64,000 bases of DNA. Source: Mageeibacillus sp. UBA3781. GTDB lineage: Bacteria; Bacillota; Clostridia; Saccharofermentanales; Saccharofermentanaceae. This document shows positions 20,732-30,587 of the stretch, piece by piece. The position numbers were made by a program, and so were the translations under genes. How positions within the stretch are numbered: the first letter of the stretch is position 1; every line of letters starts with the position of its first letter. Under the pieces are notes generated by a model. That model ran no database searches, was not told the origin of the DNA, and saw only the letters and a program-made list of their open reading frames with translations. The DNA is taken from positions 10,863 to 74,862 of the forward strand of contig DFFH01000130.1 of assembly GCA_002368805.1 (NCBI GenBank), written 5' to 3'.

Positions 20732-20890
20732 ATCTTTTTCCTGTTCATTTCCTTCGAAGATTGTGCCTTTACCGGACGCATCGACACTTGGTATCAGTAT
20801 AGCATTTTCTTGTATTTGAAAAAAGTTTGTTTGTAAATCGATTTTTAGATTATAATAGATGTAATGTTGCTAATAAAAGAGGTATAACAA

Positions 20891-21580
20891 ATGGCTAATG
20901 CTCCTCATATTTTAATCTGCGATGACGACCCGGTCGTACACGAGTCTTTGGGTCTTTATTTTGAGAACGAACACTTCACATATTCCAGCGCTTACGACGG
21001 ACGTGACGCTCTTGCGCATGTTGCTTCCGATAAGCCTGATCTTATTATTCTTGATGTCATGATGCCGGAAAAGACCGGTATCGAGGTATGCCGCGAGATC
21101 AGAAAGACTCTGTCCACCCCGATCATCATCCTTACAGCGAAGGGTGAAGAGATCGACCGTGTACTTGGTCTGGAGCTCGGTGCGGATGACTATATCGTTA
21201 AGCCTTTCTCCCCGAGAGAGGTCATCGCCCGTATCAAGGCTGTTCTGCGCCGTATCAACGAGCCTCAGGAGAATACTTCTCTTCTGCGTTTCGAAGGTCT
21301 GGAGATCAATCTGGATAACTATCAGGTCAAGGTGAAAGGCGAACTCGTTCCGTGCACGCCGAAAGAGGTCGAGATCCTTCATCTTCTCGCCTCCCATATC
21401 GGCCAGGTCATGGATCGTGAGCAGATCCTCTCCCTGATCTGGGGATATGACTATTTCGGCGATACCCGTACTGTAGATACACACATCAAGCGTATCCGTC
21501 AGAAGATCTATTACGAAGGTGCGCCGTGGTCTCTCATCACCGTTTATGGTGTTGGCTATAAGTTTGAGGTCAACTCATAA
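20891..21580 (+). CDS. OmpR/PhoB family response regulator
   Basis: Receiver domain DDD, LDVMMP and KPF. Winged helix DTRTVDTHIKRIR and VYGVGY. Confidence 0.96.
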   Translation: MANAPHILICDDDPVVHESLGLYFENEHFTYSSAYDGRDALAHVASDKPDLIILDVMMPEKTGIEVCREIRKTLSTPIIILTAKGEEIDRVLGLELGADDYIVKPFSPREVIARIKAVLRRINEPQENTSLLRFEGLEINLDNYQVKVKGELVPCTPKEVEILHLLASHIGQVMDREQILSLIWGYDYFGDTRTVDTHIKRIRQKIYYEGAPWSLITVYGVGYKFEVNS

Positions 21581-23400
21581 TGTTCCGTAGTCTCTTCCTA
21601 CGCAAGATGATCTTTCTGGTGCTGGTAGCGCTCTGCGCATCGGCACTTCTTTCTGCTACGCTTTTTAACTATGCGGCAGGCGAAGTTTCCAAAGACAACA
21701 CCGAAGAGCTCATGATCGATAAAGCCCGCTCCATGTCCTCTTTTCTGCGGGATTATATTGCACAGGACCAGACTATTACCGATAGCGAGATCAGGAGCAA
21801 GCTGAAAAATATCAGCGCAGGGTATTCCTCACACGATGTTCTCGGCAATTTCTTCCTTCTGTACGATGCAGGCGGAAATATCATTTCCTCTTCCAATCCA
21901 CAGACCGAGGATGATCTTCGTCTTTTAAGCTCCATCGATGTATTCTGCAAGACGAATATGCTGAACAATAACGAAAACAAGAACATCCGCGGCAATCTCA
22001 AGGACGGAGATGTTACCGCACGGGTGATCCAGGTACCGGTTCAGTCAGAAAATAAAATGATCGGTTATCTGATCATCGGCGACCGCATCAGCGGCGCTCC
22101 TTCGACAGTTACCGGATTCAGCCAGGTGCTGATCCTCTCGACGCTTCTGGTATCGATGTTTATGCTCATTCCTGTTTATTTTGCCAGTAAGCGCTTGATC
22201 CGTCCTCTCAACCGGGTAACGGATGTTGCTAATGCACTGGGACGCGGCGACTTCTCCATCCGAGCGAATGACAAGACCAAAGGTGAGATCGGTGATCTGG
22301 CCGCATCGGTCAATGAGCTCGCCGAAAAACTCTCCAAATCCATCACCAGTGTCACTACCGAGCGTAACCGACTCAAAGAGATCTTCGATATCATTTCCGA
22401 AGGAATCGTATCTGTCAATAAAGATCTGCAGCCGGACTATTCCAATAACGCGATCGCCACGCTTTTCGAGAAAGTACCGAGAAAGAATCTTTTCACCGAG
22501 AAGCTTCAGCTCATTCCTTTTGAAGAAGTCTGGGAAGATTTTGAAAACTGCATCAAGACCGGTGAGACATACGAACGCACGATCGAAGCGAAGGACTGTG
22601 CATATTCTTCCACGATCGTGCCGATCAAAGATAATGAAAAAGCGATCATCGGAGCAACGGGCTTCTTCCGTGACATCTCCGAGCAGGAGCGTCTCGAGCA
22701 GACCAGACGTGACTATGTGGCAAACGTATCCCACGAGCTTCGTACTCCTCTCACCGCCATGCGCGGACTTGTCGAGCCTCTTGCTGACGGCATGGTTAAG
22801 AAAGAGGAAGACCGCCAGAGATACTATGGCATCATCCTCCACGAGACGATGCGTCTTTCCCGACTGATCGATGACATGCTTGAGCTTTCGAGACTTCAGG
22901 CAAGAACGCTCGCATTTAAGACTTTCCCGTTTGACCTCAATAAGCTTCTTTCCGAATTCGAAACGAAGTTCAAGCCGGTCATGGAAGATGCGGAACTGAA
23001 TTTCTCCGTCGAATATAAAACGGGACCGCTTCCTACGGTTATGGGTAACCCGGACCGTGTCGAGCAGATCATCGTTATTCTTCTGGACAATGCAAAGAAA
23101 TACACACCTGCGGGCGGCAGTATCACGATCTCTACGGAATACAGCGACGAGACCGATCAGGTACTGGTTTCTGTTATCGATACCGGACAAGGTATCCACG
23201 AGTACGATATCGATCATATCTTTGACCGCTTCTATAAGGCGGACCGTGCCCGTGGCAAGAAAGGCACCGGTCTGGGTCTTGCTATTGCAAAAGAACTCTT
23301 AAGCTACATGGGTGAGACGATTACCGTACAGAGCGAATATGGCGAAGGCACGACGTTCACCTTCACCCTGAAGCGTGTCACCGGTTCCGTCTGGTATTGA
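21580..23400 (+). CDS. Sensor histidine kinase (2 TM, HAMP, PAS-like, HisKA, HATPase)
   Basis: SHELRTPL, LLDNAKKY, DTGQGI, FDRFYK and GTGLGL motifs. Start overlaps the regulator stop. Confidence 0.96.
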   Translation: MFRSLFLRKMIFLVLVALCASALLSATLFNYAAGEVSKDNTEELMIDKARSMSSFLRDYIAQDQTITDSEIRSKLKNISAGYSSHDVLGNFFLLYDAGGNIISSSNPQTEDDLRLLSSIDVFCKTNMLNNNENKNIRGNLKDGDVTARVIQVPVQSENKMIGYLIIGDRISGAPSTVTGFSQVLILSTLLVSMFMLIPVYFASKRLIRPLNRVTDVANALGRGDFSIRANDKTKGEIGDLAASVNELAEKLSKSITSVTTERNRLKEIFDIISEGIVSVNKDLQPDYSNNAIATLFEKVPRKNLFTEKLQLIPFEEVWEDFENCIKTGETYERTIEAKDCAYSSTIVPIKDNEKAIIGATGFFRDISEQERLEQTRRDYVANVSHELRTPLTAMRGLVEPLADGMVKKEEDRQRYYGIILHETMRLSRLIDDMLELSRLQARTLAFKTFPFDLNKLLSEFETKFKPVMEDAELNFSVEYKTGPLPTVMGNPDRVEQIIVILLDNAKKYTPAGGSITISTEYSDETDQVLVSVIDTGQGIHEYDIDHIFDRFYKADRARGKKGTGLGLAIAKELLSYMGETITVQSEYGEGTTFTFTLKRVTGSVWY

Positions 23401-23412
23401 TCGGAGCATATC

Positions 23413-24159
23413 ATGGATCAAAGATCTAACCCGACTTTTTCCGATGCCAAAGACTCGGTACGTATCAACAAGTACATCAGCTCCAGCGGGTTTTGTTCCC
23501 GAAGAAAAGCGGACGAGTATGTGCAGGCAGGCTGCGTAACGATCGATGGCGAAACTGCCGAATCAGGATCCCAGGTATTCCCGGGACAGGTCGTACTCGT
23601 AAACGGAAAGCCGGTCATTCCTACGGATGATCACGTTTATCTGGCATTTCACAAGCCACTTGGGATCACCTGCACCACGGACAGAAGAGATAAAAGTAAT
23701 ATCATAGATTATATTCATTATCCAATGCGCATCTTCCCTATCGGACGGCTGGATAAAAACTCCACCGGGCTGATCCTTCTCACGAATGACGGTGATATCG
23801 TCAACCGTCTTCTTCGCGCGGAAGGACGCCATGATAAGGAATATGTAGTTACTGTGGATAAGCCTGTCGATGAAGATTTCAAGCGTAAGATGGAGGGCGG
23901 TCTTCCGATCCTCAACACGATCACTCTGCCGTGCAAAGTGAAGCTTTCCGGAAAGAATACTTTTCACATCATATTGAACCAGGGCTTGAACCGTCAGATC
24001 CGCAGAATGTGTGAATACCTGGGTTATAAAGTCGTCCGCCTCAAACGTATCCGCATCCTCAATCTTTCACTTGGTACACTTCCTGTAGGACAATACCGTG
24101 AACTGACGGCAAAAGAAAGAAAGGATCTGTTTTCCATCCTCGAAAAAAACAGAAAATAA
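23413..24159 (+). CDS. rluF: RsuA/RluF family 23S rRNA pseudouridine synthase with S4 domain
   Basis: RINKYIS..GFCSRRKAD, GRLDK and QGLNRQIRRMC motifs. Confidence 0.82.
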   Translation: MDQRSNPTFSDAKDSVRINKYISSSGFCSRRKADEYVQAGCVTIDGETAESGSQVFPGQVVLVNGKPVIPTDDHVYLAFHKPLGITCTTDRRDKSNIIDYIHYPMRIFPIGRLDKNSTGLILLTNDGDIVNRLLRAEGRHDKEYVVTVDKPVDEDFKRKMEGGLPILNTITLPCKVKLSGKNTFHIILNQGLNRQIRRMCEYLGYKVVRLKRIRILNLSLGTLPVGQYRELTAKERKDLFSILEKNRK

Positions 24160-24189
24160 AAAGGGCCTCCGACATAGCCGAAGACCCTC
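24157..24189 (-). terminator. Terminator of GH2-like gene
   Basis: The minus strand reads GGGUCUUCGGC-UAU-GUCGGAGGCCC-UUUUU, fully paired when G-U pairs are allowed. Confidence 0.75.
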
Positions 24190-24203
24190 TTCATATAGTG
24201 AAA

Positions 24204-27200
24204 TTAGAGTTTTGGAGCAAATTCAATTGTTTCCTCATACCGCACATTCTTTGCGACCTTGTGCCGGTCGAGGACATCCGGGCCTCTTTCGATCCCTTTC
24301 ATATAGAAATCAAGATACAGATGCGTCCGTCCATCGGATTCGATCAGTTCCTGATGCGAACAGTCGTCAAGGTCTTCCGGCATATAAGGAAGACAGGAGA
24401 ATGAGAACGGATCCATCTTATTCTTCTTGATGGCAAGTCCTTTTATATCATCGAGCTGGAGCAAAAGATACTTCGTATCCGCATGGGCGCCATTCTCGGA
24501 AGGACGGGCGTACTCGTGATACAAAGGACTGTCCAGAGATGTGAACCAGCCGATCCTCTGGGATTCCTTACGATCGACATAAGACTCTCCATTACCTCTT
24601 CCATACCATCCGATATGCGTACGGGAATCGATCGGGACACGGAATCCGTAACGGACAAGATCAAACTTCGGGACAAACTCAATAGTCGCCATCAGACGTC
24701 CGTCGGGCTTTACACGATAGTGAACGAGGATCGGTCCTTTCATACCATTAGATGTATATTTACATATGAGATGGAAGTCTTCTCCATCCATCTCATAGAA
24801 GCTTCCGATAAAGCGGATCTCACCCTGGATCGTACGCCAGTCCGTCTCATGAGAGAATACTGTCTGTGAAAGGACATATGATTTGTCCGCACGATCGATA
24901 TTGGAAGCGGCACGGTAGAAGCTTGGTTCCAAAAGACCGTCGAAATACTCTTTTCCTTCGATCTTCACTGAACAAAGACCACCCTCATGACGGCTGAATC
25001 CATAGCGCACATGCTTGGTCTGCGCATAAAGGAATGCCGGAGATGTCAGCATCTGTACAGCAGGCTTCTTCTCATCAAGGATCAGGCTGCTCTCCAGCGC
25101 CGAAGCATCAATGATCTGAATCGAACCGTCCTCCGCGACGCTTCCCACCGCATCATCTTTTTCATTCGGATCACATACTTCATCCACAAGTACCTGCTGA
25201 TAGAATGCAAGCTCAAAGCCGGCACGGGCATACAAGGAGTCCTTCTCGAGCGTCAGTCTGATATCCAGAAGCAGTTCTTTACAAACCGCCTGATTATATA
25301 CTTCCACTGCCTTCGGGTACTGCTGTGCCCAGGCGGATGTCAGAAAATCACCTACTTTGAACGGGAACTGCATCGCGCGGTTTCCCATTGCCGGGATCGG
25401 AGGAACAATACCGGATCCGCCGGTAAGGCGAACACCTCCGATAAGTAACTGCCACTTCAGTTCGATCGAAGGAGTCGCACCAAACTGAAGAACATTGTGT
25501 ACATTCAGGCTGGAAGGATCTTCCGCAGAGGAGAAGATCTTAATTCCTTCGCACTGTTTCTTCACTTCAAAGAATATCGGATGCGGTCTTCTGTTCGCAT
25601 CGACGATGCCCTGTGCGATAGATACACCGATCTGCTCCGAATATTCGACCAGATCGCCCTGATGGATATACTTAAGATCCATGGTATCTTCTTCTCTTCT
25701 CGGTCTCGCAAGTATCGACTCGAAAAGCACTTTATCTTCTTTCAGTTTACTCTTCAGATAACGTCTGTTGACGCACAGATCACACCACTCACCGAAGATC
25801 ATGCCGGCATTATTCGGGAAAGGCGGCATATCGGAGACCGTTCCGGTCTTGTCGATCTCACAGTACAACGGGCGTTTGGCATCAAAAGCATTGATGCGCT
25901 GTTTTACATCAAGATATGCATTTTCTTCAAATCTCTTACCTGTCATCGACCACATAATGATACATGGATGATTGATCAGAGAATATACCGTCTGCGGAAG
26001 TACAGCAGCCGCAGACTGAAGGATGACATACATACCGTATTCATCGCACAGATCGAAGAACTTCGAATCCGTCGGATGATGAACGACATAGATCGTATTG
26101 ATATTCGCGCTCTTCATCATGAGGATATCCTGGCGGAATCTCTCCAGCGGCACGGAAATACCGTCTTCCGGATCAAACTCGTAGTACTTCACGCCATGGA
26201 TCGGTACAGCAACATCATTTATATGGATGATGCTTTCCGAATATGTGATCGTTCTGAATCCGAAGCGCTGCTTCTTCACGCAGATGACCTCGTCCTTATT
26301 ATTCCGGACTTCAATGATCAGGTCATACAGATTCGGTGTCTGATCCGTCCAGGGAAGTACGAGCTTGGCATAAAACTCCGTTCCCATGATCTTGACACCT
26401 TCCTTGGGAATGGTATCGGAAAGTTCTTTTCGCTGGGAGAGACGATGCTCCGGAAGATTATACAGATCATACTCGTCACGGGCTTCCATAAGCCGGCAGT
26501 TGATCGTGACCTGAACATCATACGGAAGATGGTTAAAAAGCTCAACCTCGACATTTAGTCCGGCATCTCTTCTGATTTCCGCATCACTTAGGATCTCTTT
26601 CTCACGATCCGTCAGCTGATCGTCATTATCTGACCGGTAAAGGCTCGAAACGAGAGCCGTTTTCGGCACAACGTCCTTGGCCAGTGTATCAGTAAGGAAC
26701 GAAGAGAAAAGCCGTACGGAAGAGATCTCCACATCCGACTCCGCAATAAGATAAGGAAGGCGGAAAAGCCCCGAGAATCCAAAAGCACCCTGTGCCCGGA
26801 CATTCTTTTTCAGCCTCCCCTTCTCCATTCTCATATCGAATCTTCTTACCGCAATAGAGATCAGGTTCGCACCTTCATGAAGTGCTTCATTCAGCAGACA
26901 CTTTGTTGTGGAGAATGTGCTTCGTGAAGAAGAAATATGTTTACCGTTGATACTGATGGAATAGTGTCCGACGATACCATCAGATACGAAATACACGAAA
27001 CGGTGGATAAACTGCTCCGGAAGATTGACCCAGACACGATAAAGGCCATAGTCATTCGTATTTTCCATACCGGCGTCATCCGCCAGTCTCTGTTGCAGTT
27101 TAGAGGTCTTTTTTGAAAGGAGAGCATTCTTCTCATAGACGAGTTCACTCGGATACCCGTAGCCCTGCATCTGCCACACACTGGGTACATTGATCAGATC

Positions 27201-27401
27201 CCAGGAATCATCATCGAATTCCGGTTCTGTCCAGCTCTCGGGGATATCTTCTTTCGTCCTGGCATGGAAAAAACGCCAGTTCGGAAGATCCAGTTTCCAG
27301 ACAGAAGACAGACGTCCGAACTCCGGCGGCTGTTTCTCCGCATAGAGTTCATCGATCGAATCATATGGATAGAAATATCCTTGCGCTGGCAGTTGCGTCA
27401 T
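24204..27401 (-). CDS. LacZ-type GH2 homologue with degenerate active site
   Basis: Full LacZ domain order (VPSVWQMQGY, FGFR, DLCDEYGMYV, NHPCIIMWS, WYGRG, RPSENG), but catalytic motifs are replaced (see findings). Confidence 0.85.
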   Translation of the reverse strand: MTQLPAQGYFYPYDSIDELYAEKQPPEFGRLSSVWKLDLPNWRFFHARTKEDIPESWTEPEFDDDSWDLINVPSVWQMQGYGYPSELVYEKNALLSKKTSKLQQRLADDAGMENTNDYGLYRVWVNLPEQFIHRFVYFVSDGIVGHYSISINGKHISSSRSTFSTTKCLLNEALHEGANLISIAVRRFDMRMEKGRLKKNVRAQGAFGFSGLFRLPYLIAESDVEISSVRLFSSFLTDTLAKDVVPKTALVSSLYRSDNDDQLTDREKEILSDAEIRRDAGLNVEVELFNHLPYDVQVTINCRLMEARDEYDLYNLPEHRLSQRKELSDTIPKEGVKIMGTEFYAKLVLPWTDQTPNLYDLIIEVRNNKDEVICVKKQRFGFRTITYSESIIHINDVAVPIHGVKYYEFDPEDGISVPLERFRQDILMMKSANINTIYVVHHPTDSKFFDLCDEYGMYVILQSAAAVLPQTVYSLINHPCIIMWSMTGKRFEENAYLDVKQRINAFDAKRPLYCEIDKTGTVSDMPPFPNNAGMIFGEWCDLCVNRRYLKSKLKEDKVLFESILARPRREEDTMDLKYIHQGDLVEYSEQIGVSIAQGIVDANRRPHPIFFEVKKQCEGIKIFSSAEDPSSLNVHNVLQFGATPSIELKWQLLIGGVRLTGGSGIVPPIPAMGNRAMQFPFKVGDFLTSAWAQQYPKAVEVYNQAVCKELLLDIRLTLEKDSLYARAGFELAFYQQVLVDEVCDPNEKDDAVGSVAEDGSIQIIDASALESSLILDEKKPAVQMLTSPAFLYAQTKHVRYGFSRHEGGLCSVKIEGKEYFDGLLEPSFYRAASNIDRADKSYVLSQTVFSHETDWRTIQGEIRFIGSFYEMDGEDFHLICKYTSNGMKGPILVHYRVKPDGRLMATIEFVPKFDLVRYGFRVPIDSRTHIGWYGRGNGESYVDRKESQRIGWFTSLDSPLYHEYARPSENGAHADTKYLLLQLDDIKGLAIKKNKMDPFSFSCLPYMPEDLDDCSHQELIESDGRTHLYLDFYMKGIERGPDVLDRHKVAKNVRYEETIEFAPKL

Positions 27402-27535
27402 GCTTCTCTCCGTTAAAAATCTGCATGAAGATGCAGTTTGTTAACGTTATTGTAGCACGGCGCTGACCCCTTCATGTATCAGAGATATTTCATTTTGAAG
27501 AAGTCATGGAAACAATTATGAAGCAGCCTGAAAAA

Positions 27536-29983
27536 TCAGAGGAATGACAGATCCTTCTTTCTCTTTTTCGCCTTTCTCCAGCGCATCAGTCCCTTAAAGA
27601 AATGACCGTTGAACATCATGACGAGGGCATCCATCTGTTCGATCGTGATTTTTCCCATCGAGAAAGAAGCTACCGTACGAAGAGGCATCTCTCTTGTCAT
27701 AACGATATTCATCCGGCGGAGATGTTCCTGGGTCTCTTTCTTATTTTTCTTTTTGATCCCGTGCATGACACTTCTGTAGAACAGCTTGCTCTTCAGATTT
27801 CCGTTACGGAGATCCTCCAGTGCGGAGTTCAGAGTAAACTCACCTTTTCCCGGTGCTTTTTCATCTTCGATCGGCTTACCATACACCTCTTCAAACTGTT
27901 TCTTATCAAAGATCTTCGTCTGGACGTCCAGATTGTAATACTGCGGGGATTTCGCAGTATAATCCGGGACTTCGACTTCCGGTCTGGAGGAAGTTACAGT
28001 GATCTCACGTACTGCGCGGATATCTCTGGAAGACGCACCGATCTCGATCTTATATGTTCCCGACTCGACATGCCAGTCGCCGATCTGCGTATTGTAATAA
28101 GCAAATGCACGCTTATCGAGTTCAAACTCTACTGTTCTTGTCTCACCGCGCTGGATGAATACTTTCTTAAATGCGGCAAGCTGGCGCACCGGCTTATATA
28201 TCTTCGATTTCGGCGGTGCAATATAGAGCTGGACAGCTTCTTTACCATCAACTTCACTGATATTCGTAATATTGATAGAAACCGTCAGCGGATCCCCTTC
28301 TTTGATCTCCGAAGAAGTAAGACTGATATCTCCATAGGAATACGACGAATAAGAAAGGCCGTGTCCAAACGGGAAAAGCACCGGCATGTTCGCCGCATCA
28401 TAATAGCGGTATCCGACAAAGACGCTCTCGCAATACAGAGACTGCCTGTTCTCGCCAAAATAGAGGTATGTCGGCGTATCTGTCAGCTTAAGAGGGAAAG
28501 TTTCCGCCAGTTTTCCGGACGGATTCACTTTTCCGTAAAGGATATCCGCGATACTTCCCGCGCCTTCCTGTCCGGGGAGATATGCCATCAGGATCGATCT
28601 GACCTGGGATACCCACGGCATCTCGATCGGAGAACCCGCATAAACGACCACGCAGACATTACTGTTCTTACGGACGACTTCTTCGATCAGCCTGGTATGC
28701 GACTTCGGAAGATTCATATGTGTACGGTCAAAAGACTCGGATTCAAAGCTTTCGGGAAGTCCGACAAAGATAACGACCACGTCTTTATTCGCCGCAGCAT
28801 CCACTGCTGCAGCAAGGAGCTTTTCATCCACTTCCTCGGTCTCCAGAGAGTAACCCGGTTCATAGACAAAATTGCCGCTCGCTTCCGAGAAACCACTGAT
28901 CGCATCGGTTACATTTGTCGGATGGATATGGGAGCTTCCGCCGCCCTGGTATCTGGTTTGTTTTGCCATCGCACCGAGAACAGCCACACTCTTTCCTTCC
29001 TTGATCGGAAGGAGTCCGTCATTTTTCAGAAGCACGGCCGACTCTTCAAATGCCTGCTTTGCAAGCACTCTATGATTAAGATAAGGTGACGATGTCGGTG
29101 CCGGCTTATTCATGCCTTTTTCGATAAGTGTCAGGAGGCGCTCGACAGCGCGGTCAAGAAGTGCGACCGGCAGTTTTCCGGACTCGATCGCTTCACAGAT
29201 CAAGCGGTCACGTTCACCGACAGAAGATGGCATTTCGAGGTCAAGTCCGGCAGCGAGTGCATCAAGACGGTTATTTGTTGCACCCCAGTCGCTCATAACA
29301 ACACCGTCAAATCCCCACTCATCCCGAAGAATGTCAGTAAGGAGTCTTCTGTTCTCACAGCAGTAGGTGCCGTTCAACCGGTTATATGCACCCATGACTG
29401 TCCATGGTCTTGACTCTTTCACTACCGTTTCAAAAGCGGAAAGATATATCTCACGAAGAGCACGCTCATCCACGATCGAGTCGTTGATAAGACGTGATTT
29501 CTCCTGGCTGTTAGCGGCAAAGTGCTTAACGGATGTACCGACTCCCATGCTCTGCACACCTTTGACCCATGCCGCGCCCATCTTTCCGGCGAGGTACGGA
29601 TCTTCAGAAACATACTCGAAATTTCTTCCGCAGAGAGGAGAACGCTTGATATTGATCGCAGGTCCTAAAACGATGGAAACATCCTGATCGACCGCCTCTT
29701 CACCGATGGCACGGCCGATAGCATCCATCAATTCGACATTAAATGAATTCGCGGTCGTGGCTGCCGGCGGGAAGCATGTTGCTTCACGGCTGTCTCCTGC
29801 ACCGGTCCTTCCTTCTACAGACTCCTGCTTACGAAGTCCGTGAGGGCCATCCGTCATCATGATCGATGGCACATTATTGATCGGCAGTCTTTGTGTGCGC
29901 CAGAAATCATATCCGGAACACAAAGAAGCTTTCTGTTTCACAGAGAGTTTACTCATTAAAGAAGAAACAAATTCCGAAGCCAT
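27536..29983 (-). CDS. GH3 beta-glucosidase
   Basis: TDGPHG, GRNFEY, KHFAAN, MSDWG (nucleophile intact), ESESFDR and Fn3-like domain. ATG at 29983. Confidence 0.93.
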   Translation of the reverse strand: MASEFVSSLMSKLSVKQKASLCSGYDFWRTQRLPINNVPSIMMTDGPHGLRKQESVEGRTGAGDSREATCFPPAATTANSFNVELMDAIGRAIGEEAVDQDVSIVLGPAINIKRSPLCGRNFEYVSEDPYLAGKMGAAWVKGVQSMGVGTSVKHFAANSQEKSRLINDSIVDERALREIYLSAFETVVKESRPWTVMGAYNRLNGTYCCENRRLLTDILRDEWGFDGVVMSDWGATNNRLDALAAGLDLEMPSSVGERDRLICEAIESGKLPVALLDRAVERLLTLIEKGMNKPAPTSSPYLNHRVLAKQAFEESAVLLKNDGLLPIKEGKSVAVLGAMAKQTRYQGGGSSHIHPTNVTDAISGFSEASGNFVYEPGYSLETEEVDEKLLAAAVDAAANKDVVVIFVGLPESFESESFDRTHMNLPKSHTRLIEEVVRKNSNVCVVVYAGSPIEMPWVSQVRSILMAYLPGQEGAGSIADILYGKVNPSGKLAETFPLKLTDTPTYLYFGENRQSLYCESVFVGYRYYDAANMPVLFPFGHGLSYSSYSYGDISLTSSEIKEGDPLTVSINITNISEVDGKEAVQLYIAPPKSKIYKPVRQLAAFKKVFIQRGETRTVEFELDKRAFAYYNTQIGDWHVESGTYKIEIGASSRDIRAVREITVTSSRPEVEVPDYTAKSPQYYNLDVQTKIFDKKQFEEVYGKPIEDEKAPGKGEFTLNSALEDLRNGNLKSKLFYRSVMHGIKKKNKKETQEHLRRMNIVMTREMPLRTVASFSMGKITIEQMDALVMMFNGHFFKGLMRWRKAKKRKKDLSFL

Positions 29984-30066
29984 ACCTCGTCTCCTCGTCA
30001 AGAAATTCTTATTTCGTATCTTTATTATATCACTTGTATAAGGCAAGTGATAATCCCATCAGGCTA

Positions 30067-30095
30067 TTGCTATTCGTTTTCATATTTTGTATAAT
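30067..30095 (+). promoter_or_regulatory. SigA promoter of ssrA
   Basis: TTGCTA-17 bp-TATAAT. Confidence 0.75.
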
Positions 30096-30130
30096 CTCGA
30101 ATCATACACATGTTTGAGAGTTGTACATGT

Positions 30131-30509
30131 GGGGGCGCACTGGTTTCGACGGGGTCGTGGAGACTTGGAAAGCGGGTAGAGGATTCTCGTTGGCCTCTTA
30201 AAAAAACGAGAAATGCAAGTAATTGCAAACAACACACAACTCGTAGCTGCTTAATCTAGCTACCATCTCCCCGGTCTATCTGTCGGCCGGACCGGAGATG
30301 TCAGATGACAGACCTTACCTGTCGGCAGGTTAAACGGGACCACGCCTTCGGCAAAGCTTTGCGCCGGAGATGTATCTATGAAGCTACCGGAGATCTCTTC
30401 CTGTCCGTGGGAACGTGATCCAGGGGAATACTCCAAACACGGACTGCACCCGGAGATGTCCTTGTTGACGTGGTTTCGGACAGGAGTTCGATTCTCCTCG
30501 CCTCCACCA
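30131..30509 (+). ncRNA. ssrA: tmRNA; tag ORF 30225-30254 encodes ANNTQLVAA*
   Basis: The 5' end GGGGGCGCACTGGTTTCGAC pairs with the 3' end CGCCTCC-ACCA, including the G3-U wobble. T-loop GTTCGATTC. Resume codon GCA and tag ending in AA. Confidence 0.97.
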
Positions 30510-30512
30510 GAT

Positions 30513-30556
30513 CACAACCCTGATCTTGATTTGAGATCGGAGTTGTGTTTTTTTAT
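30513..30556 (+). terminator. Terminator after ssrA
   Basis: CACAAC..GATCT/AGATC..GTTGTG hairpin followed by a long T tract. Confidence 0.7.
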
Positions 30557-30587
30557 TTTATAACTTGAGTGTGTTTTTTATAAAATA

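Noticed and set aside
27421..27436. CTGCAT-GAAG-ATGCAG palindrome before the GH2-like gene
   Set aside because: It is short and I saw no second copy, so it cannot be assigned as an operator.
30378..30563. 61-aa ORF
   Set aside because: It overlaps the tmRNA 3' half and terminator.
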